A stretch of DNA of 50,711 nucleotides, from positions 62,001 through 112,711 of the forward strand of contig QPGO01000100.1 of the NCBI GenBank assembly GCA_008632985.1, read 5' to 3'. Under the pieces are notes generated by a model that searched no databases, had not been told where the DNA came from, and saw nothing but the letters and a program-made list of their open reading frames with translations. This document shows positions 37,207-48,582 of this stretch, piece by piece. Every line of letters starts with the position of its first letter. The stretch's first letter is position 1. The translations under genes were made by a program, and so were the position numbers. The DNA is from Psammoneis japonica (taxonomy: Eukaryota).

Positions 37207-37796
37207 TTATTGTGGCAAATACCGATTCACAATGTGCGGCGCAATCAGCAAGAGGAAAATCCCAATTTGAATGCCGCCCTGCTTGGCAGTCCACCAAAAA
37301 TCGGGTGGGTTCTTTATCATGAATAGGTTCCAAACACCGTCGCCCAAAAAGCATGCAGCAACAAAGAATAGTTGTGTGAACCATAAGGCATATCGTACCG
37401 TCATGGTCCAGAATGCTCGGCTTTGCAACAGCCTCACCAGTCGTCGCCCATAATCCTCAAGTACTTTCATAATATCATCTGTGCCAAACTCTTGCTTTGC
37501 TTCATCAGCCGGAGGATTCTGTTCATGCGCCATGTTCACTTGGTTGTCATCTGGCTTTGCTCGCCGCTCGGTTACGGTTTCTGTGACTGCGTCGGGGTCC
37601 TTATGCACACAGAGAAATGGCACAGTAAGAAATGCACACGCTTGTAGGCGTCAACGATGTCAATCACGCATACTCTCGGGGACGCAGCAACGAAACATAC
37701 CTCTGCTTTTGCAACAGGAACAATTGTGAAGGAAAGCAAGAAACTAACTCCAATTATCAGCCACAATGCTGCTGCGATACGTGATAGTCCCTTCAT
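37207..37796 (-). CDS. Truncated SelT paralog retaining the signal peptide and hydrophobic segment only (~162 aa, 2 exons)
   Basis: Exon 1 37796-37701 ends ..AE followed by GT, intron 37700-37600. QLFFVAACFLGDGVWNLFMIKNPPDFWWTAKQGGIQIGIFLLLIAP aligns with SelT QLFFLAGLLMGDKLWSLLKMNPPEIWFKAKEYGMQLGILFFLILP. Confidence 0.8.
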
Positions 37797-40028
37797 GTTC
37801 TTTTGTGGTTTGTGTTGCTCTTATAGTTGGAGCTGTGTCTTTATGACATCATGGCCGACGACGATGCATGACGCCGACCCGCCCAGACGCGAGGCGCGAT
37901 GACCGAAAGTCTCTGCACGTAGCATACATACCAACTCCTACGGTACGTTACATAGGATTGCAACGAGTGGCGTTTTAAGTCGTGCATGGGACTCGAATCT
38001 GCTGTCCGTCTATCTGTGGAATGGCTTCCGCCAGCACCACAATGTCCTTGCTTTCCAAAACTGGAGTGTGTTGTCACTTACCTCTTTTTGTGCACCAGTC
38101 TGTTTCAGCACACTGACTGTTTTGGGCACGTCCCACAGTGTGAAATCTTCAAAGTCAAAGTTGTTTGCGCTTTGAAGCCCCAGCCACCTGTGCACTCTCT
38201 TGTGCACAAACCAATTTCGTGGCTCCCGCCATGTTTGCAGGTGCAGCTCTCAGCTGCAGAACAAAGCCAAAACAGCGTCTCTTTTGTTTGCACATGTTTT
38301 GTCAAAAAAGAAGACCTGCCACTGCAGCACACCCCCAGACAAAAGCACAAGCTGGTGCTCTTCTCATGCATCATGTGTGATCCCCTCCATTTTTGTTGCT
38401 CTTCAGCTGAGCATCACAGCTTGCCAAACAAGGGTTGTTGAAGTTGGGGGCAAACTTCTGTTTGTCCTTTTGAGTGAACAAATTGATGAAACTTTCCACT
38501 GTGCAAGCATTGTTTGTTGGTGGAAATCAGCAAAACCCACAAATTTGGCAGCAGTTTGTTGGCTTGCGCAAAAAGAGTTTTTTCCAATGGCCACAGCAAC
38601 AATGCTTGTGCCAACAGACATGTGGAAGGAACTTCACATGCACTGTGCTGCACACAGAATTCTGTGTGGAATGATGCACATTTTTTGCACCATGGCAGTG
38701 CGTGTGTGTTTTTCAAGAGAATGTCTTGACTTTGCAGCTGCGAAGGTGCCGAGCCAATCGACGGCGCAAGAAAGTGGGCATGACGTCATGCGCCATGAAG
38801 AGAATGGCAAATTGCAGAGCATTCATTGCCAAAATGGACCTGCCACATTCAAAAGATTTTGTGAGTCATGAAATCAGCATGCACCCAAGGCTGCTGAAGC
38901 ACAAATCTGCACAACACAGAAGCGGGGGGCGCCATTTGGGCGCCAGCTCAGAAGTGGCTGGTCAACAGGTTGTGCATGTGTTGAGCACTTTCAGTGCAGG
39001 AGGTTAAAACATGCCCAGCAGAAGAGGGTGCAAAAGTGTTTCACTTCACAATGTTTGTCATGTTGGAAAATTTGCTTCTCATCAAAACAAAACCCAAGCC
39101 CCAGCACATTTGAAGGTGCGCGGCTGGAGACACTTCCACCCTGCAACTCCGGCAACAAGCTGGCCCACACCCCCAGCACACTGATGTGCAGCAAGAGCCT
39201 GCATGAAACATTTCATGCAATGCATCCCATTCTAGAGCCAAGGTGTTCGGAATGTGATGCCGCTGAAAGAGCGCCGACTCAGCGCCGAAAAAAGACATCT
39301 TTTCATCAGACAAAGGAGAGGCAGTGTGGGATGAAAGTCAGAAACGGCAAAGTTTGCTTCTCATTGAGAAAATGACCCCATTAAAATGTGCACAGGGCAC
39401 TTGAATTTCTGACTCTGGTGTTTGAGGCAAACGCATTTGAGTGCGCTCTGACAAAAGCCAGGTGCTGGAGCACGCCATGACCACAGCACATTTGAGCTGG
39501 TTTTGCAACATGTCTTTCTGACATCTTAACTGGCAACTAAAATCCAGATGATGGTTGTGGTGTGCCAGCAGCAAGCATTTGGTGAGGATCTCCGTTGCAG
39601 TTGTGGGTGAGGTGCAAGGCTTTGGCACCAAGTGGCACCTCTCGAATGAAGCAGGCCGACTTTCATGCTGCCGCGCAAGTGCAAGATCTTGCAAATGTCT
39701 GATGTGCGTTCATGACCCAGTGCATGAGTGACGAATCTCTTCGACAAGACTGCCTTTAAACAACTGTTTCATTTCGTCACGATCCACTCTGTTGACCACA
39801 TAGCCTGGCATCCAATGACCCTGTCGAACAGACAGGATGATGTCAACTTGCTCTCTACAGCACTAGCTAGAGAGGGTCCTGTGTCACAGGCACATGATGA
39901 CTTCACTCACGAACTTGTGTGCCCGCCACGATCCAAAATTCTTGTGGTGCACGGAACAAATAAATCACACTCCTTGGCAATGTACATGATTTCGAAACAT
40001 CACCTCGAACGTGCTCGATAAAAGAAAA

Positions 40029-42046
40029 ATGAAGCTGTCTACTTCTTTCGCAGTGCTGGCGATTGCTGGAACAGCTCGAGCCTCGTCCATCAAGATGGAT
40101 TTTCTTCACATGGCTCACGTCAGAACCGACCCAATCATTTCTCCAGGAGACCTCTCGGATCATGTCCATGCATTTTATGGAGCCACGGAAGTCAGGCCAG
40201 AGACCACCTACGAAGATCTGCGCAATGCTCATGGAAACAGTGGCAACGTCGAGGAGAACAAGAGTCTGTGCTGGCATCCGACGATCTACAAAGTAGACTC
40301 GAGAACAGGAGTCAAGACGATTGCAAACATGTGCGTGGGAAGTGGTGAGTGCCCATTTTGTAAACGAAATGCCACCATGCAATCCGACCTTGCAAGTCAT
40401 GCTCAGTTGCCTGTCATTTTAGCACACTGCATTTGGACTCCTGGAGAAGCTAAGGCTTTCCCAGACGGTTTCAAGATGGTTGCCTTCGCGGAGGAAACCG
40501 TCGATTTCTTCCCAAATGAACCGGAAGATGAACTTGAAACCGAGATTTGGTTCCCTGGCAAGCAATTTCACTGATTCTCATGGTTCCCACTCACTGTCTT
40601 TTGTTTCTTACGCACCCTTGCTTTCCTGAAGATTGCTGGGATTGCAAAAATGTTGATTCATCCGATCACATTAGTCATGTTGCATGCTCCTCGAATCGGG
40701 ACGTTACCGGCATTTGCCCTGAATCGCATCCGTGCAAAATCCCAAAGATTGAGTTTTTCGCAAGGGTTTCTCCGCACGAAGGAGGTCCTCATGTCTTTTC
40801 GGATGGCTCCACCAGGTTGCATGCAGACTGCTTCTCTGGATGGCAAGTGCATCAACCGTTTTTGCTTTCGACGAATTCAAGAACTCGTCTCATCTGACAG
40901 CTTGTTCTGTCGTGATTTTCTTGCCAGGAATGAAACGTTTCTCCAGGGGGTCTTGGACAACTGCAACAATCCTTCGTTTGAATCTGCTCCAGACTTTTGG
41001 TGCGAAGACTTCTTGACTTTTCGTGACACTCCCAAGCAGTTCAGTGAATGCGAGACTCTAAATTCGTTCAAAGCAAAACTTGAGCCTTGTCAACCTAATC
41101 CGATTGATGCCTCGACGATCACAACCGAGGCATCAATGATGTTGTAGACCTCCCAAGAGGTGAAGGCATGGGCCTGTTGCTCCCTCGCCAGCCCGGGCTG
41201 CCTGCAACTCTCCCCCCTGCTCCTAGGATTTCTTCGGCCGATGCAATGGAAAATTGCGATGAAGACGGAGGTGAAGAGGATTCCGAGGCCGAGAACACCG
41301 AGGAGGGAGGGTCTGATGACGGAGAAGGCTCCGAAGAGGCGTCAGAGGCCGAGCCTTTGTCAGGCGGAGGATCAGAGGAAGAAGAAGGATCTGATGATGG
41401 AGAGGGCTCCGACGAGGCTTCAGAAGGTGAGGGTTCGTCTGGCGGGGCATCAGAGGAGGGAGGATCTGATGACGGGGAAGGCTCCGAAGAGGCGTCAGAG
41501 GCCGAGGCTTTGTCAGGCGGAGGATCAGAGGAAGAAGAAGGATCTGTCGACGGAGAGGGCTCCGACGAGGCTTCAGAAGGTGAGGGTTCGTCTGGCGGGG
41601 TGTCAGAGGAGGGAGGATCTGATGACGGAGAAGGCTCCGAAGAAGCGTCAGAGGCCGAGCCTTTGTCAGGTGGAGGATCAGAGGAAGAAGAAGGATCCGA
41701 TGACGGAGAGGGTTCCGAAGAGGCTTCAGAAGGCGAGGGTTCGTCAGGTGGGGCATCAGATGAGGAAGACGGATCTGATGACGGAGAGGGCTCCGAAGAC
41801 GCGTCGGAAGGCGAGGGTCCATCAGGATCTGGTTCCCAGCTAGAGTCTGATGTGGCATCAGAAGAAGAGTCAGAGGGCGAGGGCTCCTCAGGCGGAGGAT
41901 CAGAGGAAGCATCCGGCATTTGTGAATCATCCGGCACTATGAGTCCTTCGAAGCATCAGCGTCTTACGAATCGTCCGGTTCGGAAGGAGTGCACTCCGAA
42001 GAGGAGGACAGCGTTGACAACGTTTTTGACCTCGAACGCAAGCTGA
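40029..42046 (+). pseudogene. Secreted DUF1996-domain gene with acidic Gly/Ser/Glu repeat tail, disrupted by TpA mutation
   Basis: Signal peptide, RTDPIISPGDLSDHVHAFYG, ENKSL(C)WHP, FPDCWD, DHISHVA(C), HAD(C)FSGW, FLQGVLDNC. Introns 40345-40422, 40558-40631 and 40843-40927 (the last two start GCAAG). Frameshift near 41130. Confidence 0.82.
41290..41915 (+). repeat. Coding tandem repeat, 153-bp (51-aa) higher-order unit built of 25/26-aa subunits
   Basis: EEGGSDDGEGSEEASEAEPLSGGGS-EEEEGSDDGEGSDEASEGEGSSGGAS occurs about 3 times plus degenerate copies. Confidence 0.9.
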
Positions 42047-43341
42047 CGAAGTCTTTGCGTGGTTCCTTTCCAGAAAAGCCGAATCACAACAAAGCCATCC
42101 ATGCCATGCAGGCTCTGTGTCTCCACCAATGCATTTTTCTTGATCAAGTGGTTCTGCTTCATACACAATTTTTTTAACCTCTCAGTGATTGTCTTGAGCA
42201 AAACTCGCCGAATCATTGATTTTTCTCGACACTGTTTCGGTTGTTAGTTTCCTTGGCTTGTAAAAATCATCGCCATGCGGAAACATTCCATCACATCATT
42301 TCTCTGTCTTTCTCTAAAATCTTGTTTGATTGATTCGCGGTTCTGAAACGATCAGGTCAACTTCGACAAGGTCGAAGGTCGTTCACTTCAACATTTCTGC
42401 GACACGCTCTCTCATCTCCAAAATGAAACCGGTTTGCACACGAAAGCTCTCGGAATGACTCTCGCGGCGAATGCGTGAAAATGTTGCACCATGCGCAGCT
42501 GGATCCAAGAATGGCTTTGCTCTTTCTAGAGCGCATCTTTCCACGCTTTTCCTTTTAGCTCGTTGGCTGGTTCTACAAAAGCTCAGATGCTTTCGTTCAG
42601 AATCCGTTACAACTGACAACATCGGTCCATGTCGTGGCGATCTCCCTGCGATTGTCGCACACTTGGAGCTCGTTTCTGTCATCCTCACAGTTCCAGAACC
42701 CCACACGACGGAATTCATAACAAGTTCATTCAGGATAATATGCATCTCATCCGTCGTTTTTCAAGTAGGATGCAGACCCCATCGACCCACATGTTGCTGC
42801 TTGCTGCAGATTGAAACAAAGATTCGTTCCGGCGTTTTCATCCGTCTTGATTTTCTTTTGCCATGGGTCCTCTCTGGATATCCAAAAAGTCCCTTTCTCA
42901 ATCCATTTGCTGTGTCTTCTTCGAGGGGCCTTGGTTTGGTTGCCTTAAACACTACCTGTAAGATCAATTTGTAATTCACACATCACCGCGGCTATTTTCG
43001 AGCGACCGCGGTGCGGGAACGCGCATCATCGCGCGATGGATCTTCCAAAGATATACATCCGGGTGTCCCAGCGCAGAACTTTCTCATCGCGACGCGCTTG
43101 GTTCGTCATTATGTGCTGCCGACGATGGGACTGCAAGTTTGCGACGGCTAGAGTAGACGCTGAACGCATAGCGAAAGGGAAAGCTATACGCCTACTAGGG
43201 CTCTTGCTGTCTTGATACTGACTGTACAGTAGACCCACTTTCTACGTGGATGATATCATAAAACAGTGCCGGTAGATTCTCTGCATCAAACGCGTTGATT
43301 GTTGATTGTTCAGGTTCTTCAAGCACAGGCAGACAACGACA

Positions 43342-44552
43342 ATGTTCTATTCTGGCAGCATGTTGGCAACGGGCCGTCTTGTCGCATATTCACGCACTAC
43401 ACGTGCACAAGGTAGTTTGATTTTGCGTCGACAACTCTTTGAAGGGAGAAAGCCGAGGAACCCGTACCAGCCTCGAGTCACGGCTGCCAAGCGATCGCCG
43501 CCCATCCGAGAAGATCCACTGGCTACGCCTCGACCGAGACAGCCTTCCCCTTGGGACGAGACGTCCATTATCCAGCGAGGTCCTATTCCTAGAATCTTTT
43601 ATACTCGACACGATAGTACCATTCTACGACCGCAATTCTCGGGTGCCGAGGCGTGGGTTGGTCTGGGTGCTCTGACAGGGATCAATCTCTTTGTTTTGGG
43701 CATGTGGAATGCTCAAGACGACGAAAACGGTGATGGCAACGAGGAATTCATGATGCGGAATTTCACAACTGATATTACAAACATTGTCGAGGGACGACCT
43801 TGGACACTCGCCACTGCGTAAGTGCCCTGTAGGAAACTGAACGTCCGAACCACTGCTTACAATGGCAGAATTAGCTCGCTCATCCTCCGCTGTGCTTGTT
43901 CTGTTTTTCACTTTTTCGCAGGTCCATTTCGCATTTTAACTTTGCACATTTCGGAGGAAACATGTTTGCAATGTGGCTGTTTGGTTTTTACACGTATAGA
44001 GTGATTGGGACTGCCGCTTTCTATGGCCTCTATCTGGCTGGTGGTATGGCTTGTTCCTTGACTCATGTTGTTCACAATATCACAACGGGCAAAACTCAAC
44101 CGCCACTGACCAAAGAGGAACGTGACAGGCTCGAGCTGTATGCCAGTGAATATGGACCGCACGCGATCAATCAACTCCCACCTGAAATTACGCAACGCCT
44201 TGCAAAAGCCGACAAGCCTTCTCTCGGTGCCAGTGGCTCCGTCATGGCGATTTCGGCAGCCGCGGCAGCTCTCTTTCCGCTCGACCAGATTCGCTACAGA
44301 CACTTGTTTCTTCCCTTGCCACTTGCTGTGTGTATTTTTGTTCTTTCCGATCTGTCTGGTCTGGTATCAGAGGGTAGTCCCACAGACCATGCTGGGCACT
44401 TGGGTGGTTTGATCATGGGAGCAGCCTATGTGACGGCTGCTTGGTACTCGAAGCGAGTTGGTAGCTTTCGAATCCTGCGAAGCATTACAGGAGGCGATTT
44501 GCCTATTGTTTATCGGTACAAAGAAATGATGCGAAGTCGAGGAATGAGATAG
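43342..44552 (+). CDS. Rhomboid intramembrane serine protease (PARL-like, probably mitochondrial), 2 exons
   Basis: Intron 43818-43921 (GTAAGT..CAG). ISHFNFAHFGGNM, LGASG (catalytic Ser) and DHAGHLGG (catalytic His) are present, and the N-terminus is Arg-rich. Confidence 0.9.
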
Positions 44553-46099
44553 GGTTTGATAACTTTATCTGGTTTTCAACAATTGGACTCGGTGTATGAG
44601 TCCTGCCTTACGTGTTTCACATAATTTCAAAGAATGACTCGAGATCGAGCATCAATAGCGTCTATTTACATCAACTAGTGCAGTACTCTAACTTCCCCAG
44701 AATCTAGTGGGAGTGACAAGCGCAGTATTGCGGAGCACGCGATCTATGATAGCTCGTGAAATTTAAATTGGCACGACCAAAGACGAATCCCCAGCGAACG
44801 CCATCCTTAGGGCAAACAGTCTAAGTTGGACTCCGCTGCACTCTGATGTTTCTCGCTTCAAATGAACAGAAAGTAATAATCATTCGCTCGTTGCCATCTA
44901 CGACTTGATCACCATGTTCTCTACAACTTGGTTGGGATTTCGCATCATCCACTCCTCGCGCAACCCACCCTCCGTTTCAGCTGTTTGTTTCATTTTCAAG
45001 AGTCTGTGACGGTTGTCCATCAGCAGACGATTCACATAGCCAACCACCAAGGTACGTTCCATTTCCGGCGGAATGGAAGCTCGTCCATGCAAGACTCGCC
45101 AATTGTTGGTGACCAGCTTGTGTGTTCGGGCCACGCAAAGGACTTGACAAACTTGGTTTCGTCCTCACACAGGTTGATCCACAAATGGCATGCATCCACA
45201 ATGGCATCGTACTCCTCAAACGCAAAGGCTGAGACACCTCGCTTGGATTCACTTTGAATGATGCGTTCAATCAGATCCGTTTCCTTGTTGAGATCAGCAA
45301 TGGGATGGGTATGAACCAACTCAAAGTGGAACGAATTGCCAGCCGTACTCATGTCACTCAAGTCTCGCGGCTGACCCGATCGTGTGCCCCAAGCATGTTA
45401 TCTATCGCGCGCAACCGTTCGAGCGAAAAAAAAGTTGAACGGCCCACGCGGGCGCAGAATTTTTTTCAATTTTGCGTGCATCGGAAGGCAAAATCTGCCT
45501 CCATGACGGTCATTTGCCGTCTCTTTCGCTTTTTTAGATGGTTTGAAGCCGATAAACCAAGCAATATCGTTGGCGCTTGATCTGAAGAACACTATAGGCG
45601 CTTCAAATAAACAAATACATCCACTAGAAGCTTTTTAATCCATTCAACACACGCTTGAAAAGGGTGAATCGACACGGCGCATTGCGCATCATGGTCGAAC
45701 ATTGCACTACTTGCCTTCGACTTAATCGTATCTATTCGCCGTATATAACATGGAGAAGGTATGTAAAAATATGTTTGGTTGTTGTAGTGAACCAACGACT
45801 TGCATTCCTGATTTTTGTGCGAGTGGGTGCCGAGCTGAACACATCATTTTCAACAGTTCCATCCCATGTTTACAGGCAAATGGTGCGGCAAAGACCGTGT
45901 CAACTGTGATTTGCAATGCACGCTTGACGAATACATAGAATCCAAAATGCGGAAGCATTGTGTGTCCCATTTGGACCGCATCACGTCGGTGTGGATGTTG
46001 GATGGAACTTGAGTGCAACCACGATGACGTCGGACGAGTCGTCGAGTGGCGGTGCGTCCAGAACAAAATGAATGAGGCGGCTGACGTTGGAGCCATGCC

Positions 46100-46300
46100 G
46101 GCAGTGGCTCAATGGTTGCTCGTTCTTGCATTGACAGAATGAACCCGAAGCCGCCGATGAATGTGCCGAGCAGGCGACAACGACATCTTGGAGGCATGGT
46201 TGTGGGAATGTTTTCGAGTGTGCCTTCTGACGCTCCCACCTCGGGCACCTGAGATGAACCCAATTGAGCTGCTGTGGAATTGTCCGGTGGAGTGTCTTTC
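46100..46300 (+). mobile_element. IS630/Tc1-like transposase fragment
   Basis: ILEAWLWECFRVCLLTLPPRAPEMNPIELLWN matches the LPxxSPELNPIExxW catalytic-Glu motif. Confidence 0.75.
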
Positions 46301-46834
46301 ATGTCAGTCCATTTGGATGACTGCCTTTTTGGGGAGAGCACCGGGTGGCCTGCCATGCAGCTGCTGTCGTTGGCTGCCCACCGCCACTGTGACTGCCAAG
46401 TCCAGCTGCAGCAGAGTCAACTCTGACATTGTCATCTGTGATCATCAATGTGTTGCATTCTTTTGCCGTTTTTAAAATACACTCTAGCTAGAGTGCAGTT
46501 GCCGGTGGATGCGGGACAGTGGGATGAAAAGCCTGCTTCGGATTCTCCCAGCTTGCTTCTCCCGTTGTCGAACTGTGATGGCACACCATGTCGCTGGCAC
46601 CATCACGGCATGTGCTCCAGCCCGGAGGACTCTCTCTTCCTGCAACGGTGGCAGAGGTGGGGGNGGCAGAGGTGGGGGGGGATGGAAATGGGGGTGGCCT
46701 GCTGTGGGTTCGTTCCCGATTTTCACCCGCAGTGCTGTTGCAACAGCACAGTCTGTCACTGGCATTGTCATGCACTGCTCTCCAGCCCACTGCAGAGGAA
46801 GGACTGGCTGTGCTGGAGGTGGTGGCGGCTGAGA

Positions 46835-47100
46835 CGGCATGGTATGCTTCAGGATGATGTTTTCGAACGTAATCGGCAATGGCCAATCCATCTGCAACCT
46901 TGGAGGTAACGGACCCTTGTGCTTGATACATGAATTGCAAGAATCCAGGAGTCCCGTGGTAAGGAGAATGATCGGTATGCATACCCAGAGGACTGCTAAA
47001 GTCGTAGTCCTTACCATGGTTGATAGCGGCATTCCTTTTCATGTACGCGATGCGATGTTTTCAAATGGGATGGGCATTGATCTTGCCCAAAAAGGAAAAG
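46835..47100 (-). pseudogene. TauD/gamma-butyrobetaine-dioxygenase-like 2OG-Fe(II) dioxygenase fragment
   Basis: PLGMHTDHSPYHGTPGFLQF..VADGLAIADYVRKHHPEAY carries the HxD motif. There is an in-frame TGA just upstream, and the 3' part is replaced by unrelated TpA-free GC-rich DNA. Confidence 0.7.
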
Positions 47101-47510
47101 ACCAGCGAAAGCAAGATCTGTTTCATGATAACTAGCTACGCTGCGATCGGTGCTGCTATGTACACGCCTTGTGCCTTAAACGGAAGATGATCGAGTAGCC
47201 TACGGTGAAGATAATAAAACATAATAGTGCAGCTGATGAGAGGGAAATCATTTGTCTCCCAATGCTTCATTTGGGGCTTCAAGCCTTGATGCAGGCTACT
47301 AACTTTCTGAGTACTGTATGCTAGTTCATGACTAAATATGAAATCTTTCAGAATGCGGCTACAAGCACCGCATGATCATTGTGGCTTATCAGCAGAGAAA
47401 GCCGCCAAAGCTTTGTCGTCATAATCCAATCTCGTGATAGGAGTTTGATTGAATAACATATACCGTGCAACTGAACTCCGAGGCGAAACTTTCTGATCCA
47501 CCACTCATAC

Positions 47511-48293
47511 CTAATATCCTCGCGCTTCCAATTGGAAGTTTGTCATTTCCTCAATCGCTGATACTGAAACGTATTTAGCATCTGCCATTTCTACGCTCTT
47601 GGCTTTACCCAAAAAGCACGCCGCTCCCAATGTAACAACAGTGGCCACGAACAGCGCTTCAATCACAAGCGCGGCACCCACGGTATTCATATCAAGCTCC
47701 ACACAGCATGTGTTGAGTCCTGCCGTAGACAACCATACACCATTGACTACCAAAAGATACCACCCCAAAACATATGCCAAAGTCGACTTTGGATAGCATA
47801 CAGAATAGCCAAATGCCGCCGCCGCCATAAGGTTGATGTTGGCCTGGAGTAGATGGACTCGTGCGTCAGCCATGTCTGTCTTGCTCAGTCCGTGTTCATA
47901 CCATAATACGTACTGAAGAAAAAAGTCAAAGCTTAAAGCGACGCGGTGGGAATTAGGCATGACCAAGCGGTGGGATTCTAGACAGACGACAAGGCCGACA
48001 AAAAGGAAGCATAGGTAGAGGGTATAGTGTGCCAACTGGAAGAAAACGTCAACGCCTGCCTGAACTTGGAAGAAAACCTCAATCAAAATTCCCACCGTTG
48101 TACACACCATCGTTAGCAGACCAAGCCGATGGAGAAGGAACATGTTGCGTTCAGGAACGTGAGCCTCGCACAACGATTTGCCGCCTTGAAGGTTCCGGCA
48201 TCGGTTGAGGGTAAGGAGAAGGAAGAAGGTTCCGAACCCAAAAAAGAAAAGCCCCGGAACGGCGTGGCCGATGAAGTTTACTGATCCTCTCAT
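47511..48293 (-). CDS. TMEM45/DUF716-family multi-pass membrane protein
   Basis: The N-terminal NFIGHAVPGLFF matches the family's F.GH..PG.FF start, followed by ~7 hydrophobic segments with spaced His residues. Confidence 0.8.
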   Translation of the reverse strand: MRGSVNFIGHAVPGLFFFGFGTFFLLLTLNRCRNLQGGKSLCEAHVPERNMFLLHRLGLLTMVCTTVGILIEVFFQVQAGVDVFFQLAHYTLYLCFLFVGLVVCLESHRLVMPNSHRVALSFDFFLQYVLWYEHGLSKTDMADARVHLLQANINLMAAAAFGYSVCYPKSTLAYVLGWYLLVVNGVWLSTAGLNTCCVELDMNTVGAALVIEALFVATVVTLGAACFLGKAKSVEMADAKYVSVSAIEEMTNFQLEARGY

Positions 48294-48582
48294 TCTCACT
48301 AACAGAAAGTCTTGATGTCTTTTCAGCCGGGGTGTTGCTTTTGTTGCTTTGGTCGCTTTGTGGTCGTTCTGTAGTTTCGCAGTTTGTTTCAAATTTGAAA
48401 TTTGAAAACGGCTATTATTTTATATTTAATATAATATATGGAGGTTGAAATATGTTTATCCGCCCGGCGCGAAACACGTTATTTGTACACAATTTGTCAT
48501 ACAAGATGATTCTGTCGCAAACAGCAAAATCCAAAACGGCACACCTTCGAACGCTTTTCGCTTTTCCTCACTCATCTCTCTA

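Noticed and set aside
41119..41937. Long Pro/Ser-rich and Leu/Arg-rich ORFs in alternative frames
   Set aside because: Alternative-frame readings of the acidic tandem repeat in the DUF1996 pseudogene.
44898..45361. Two adjoining minus-strand ORFs that might be one frameshifted gene
   Set aside because: No recognisable motif or splice signals, so I cannot support a call.
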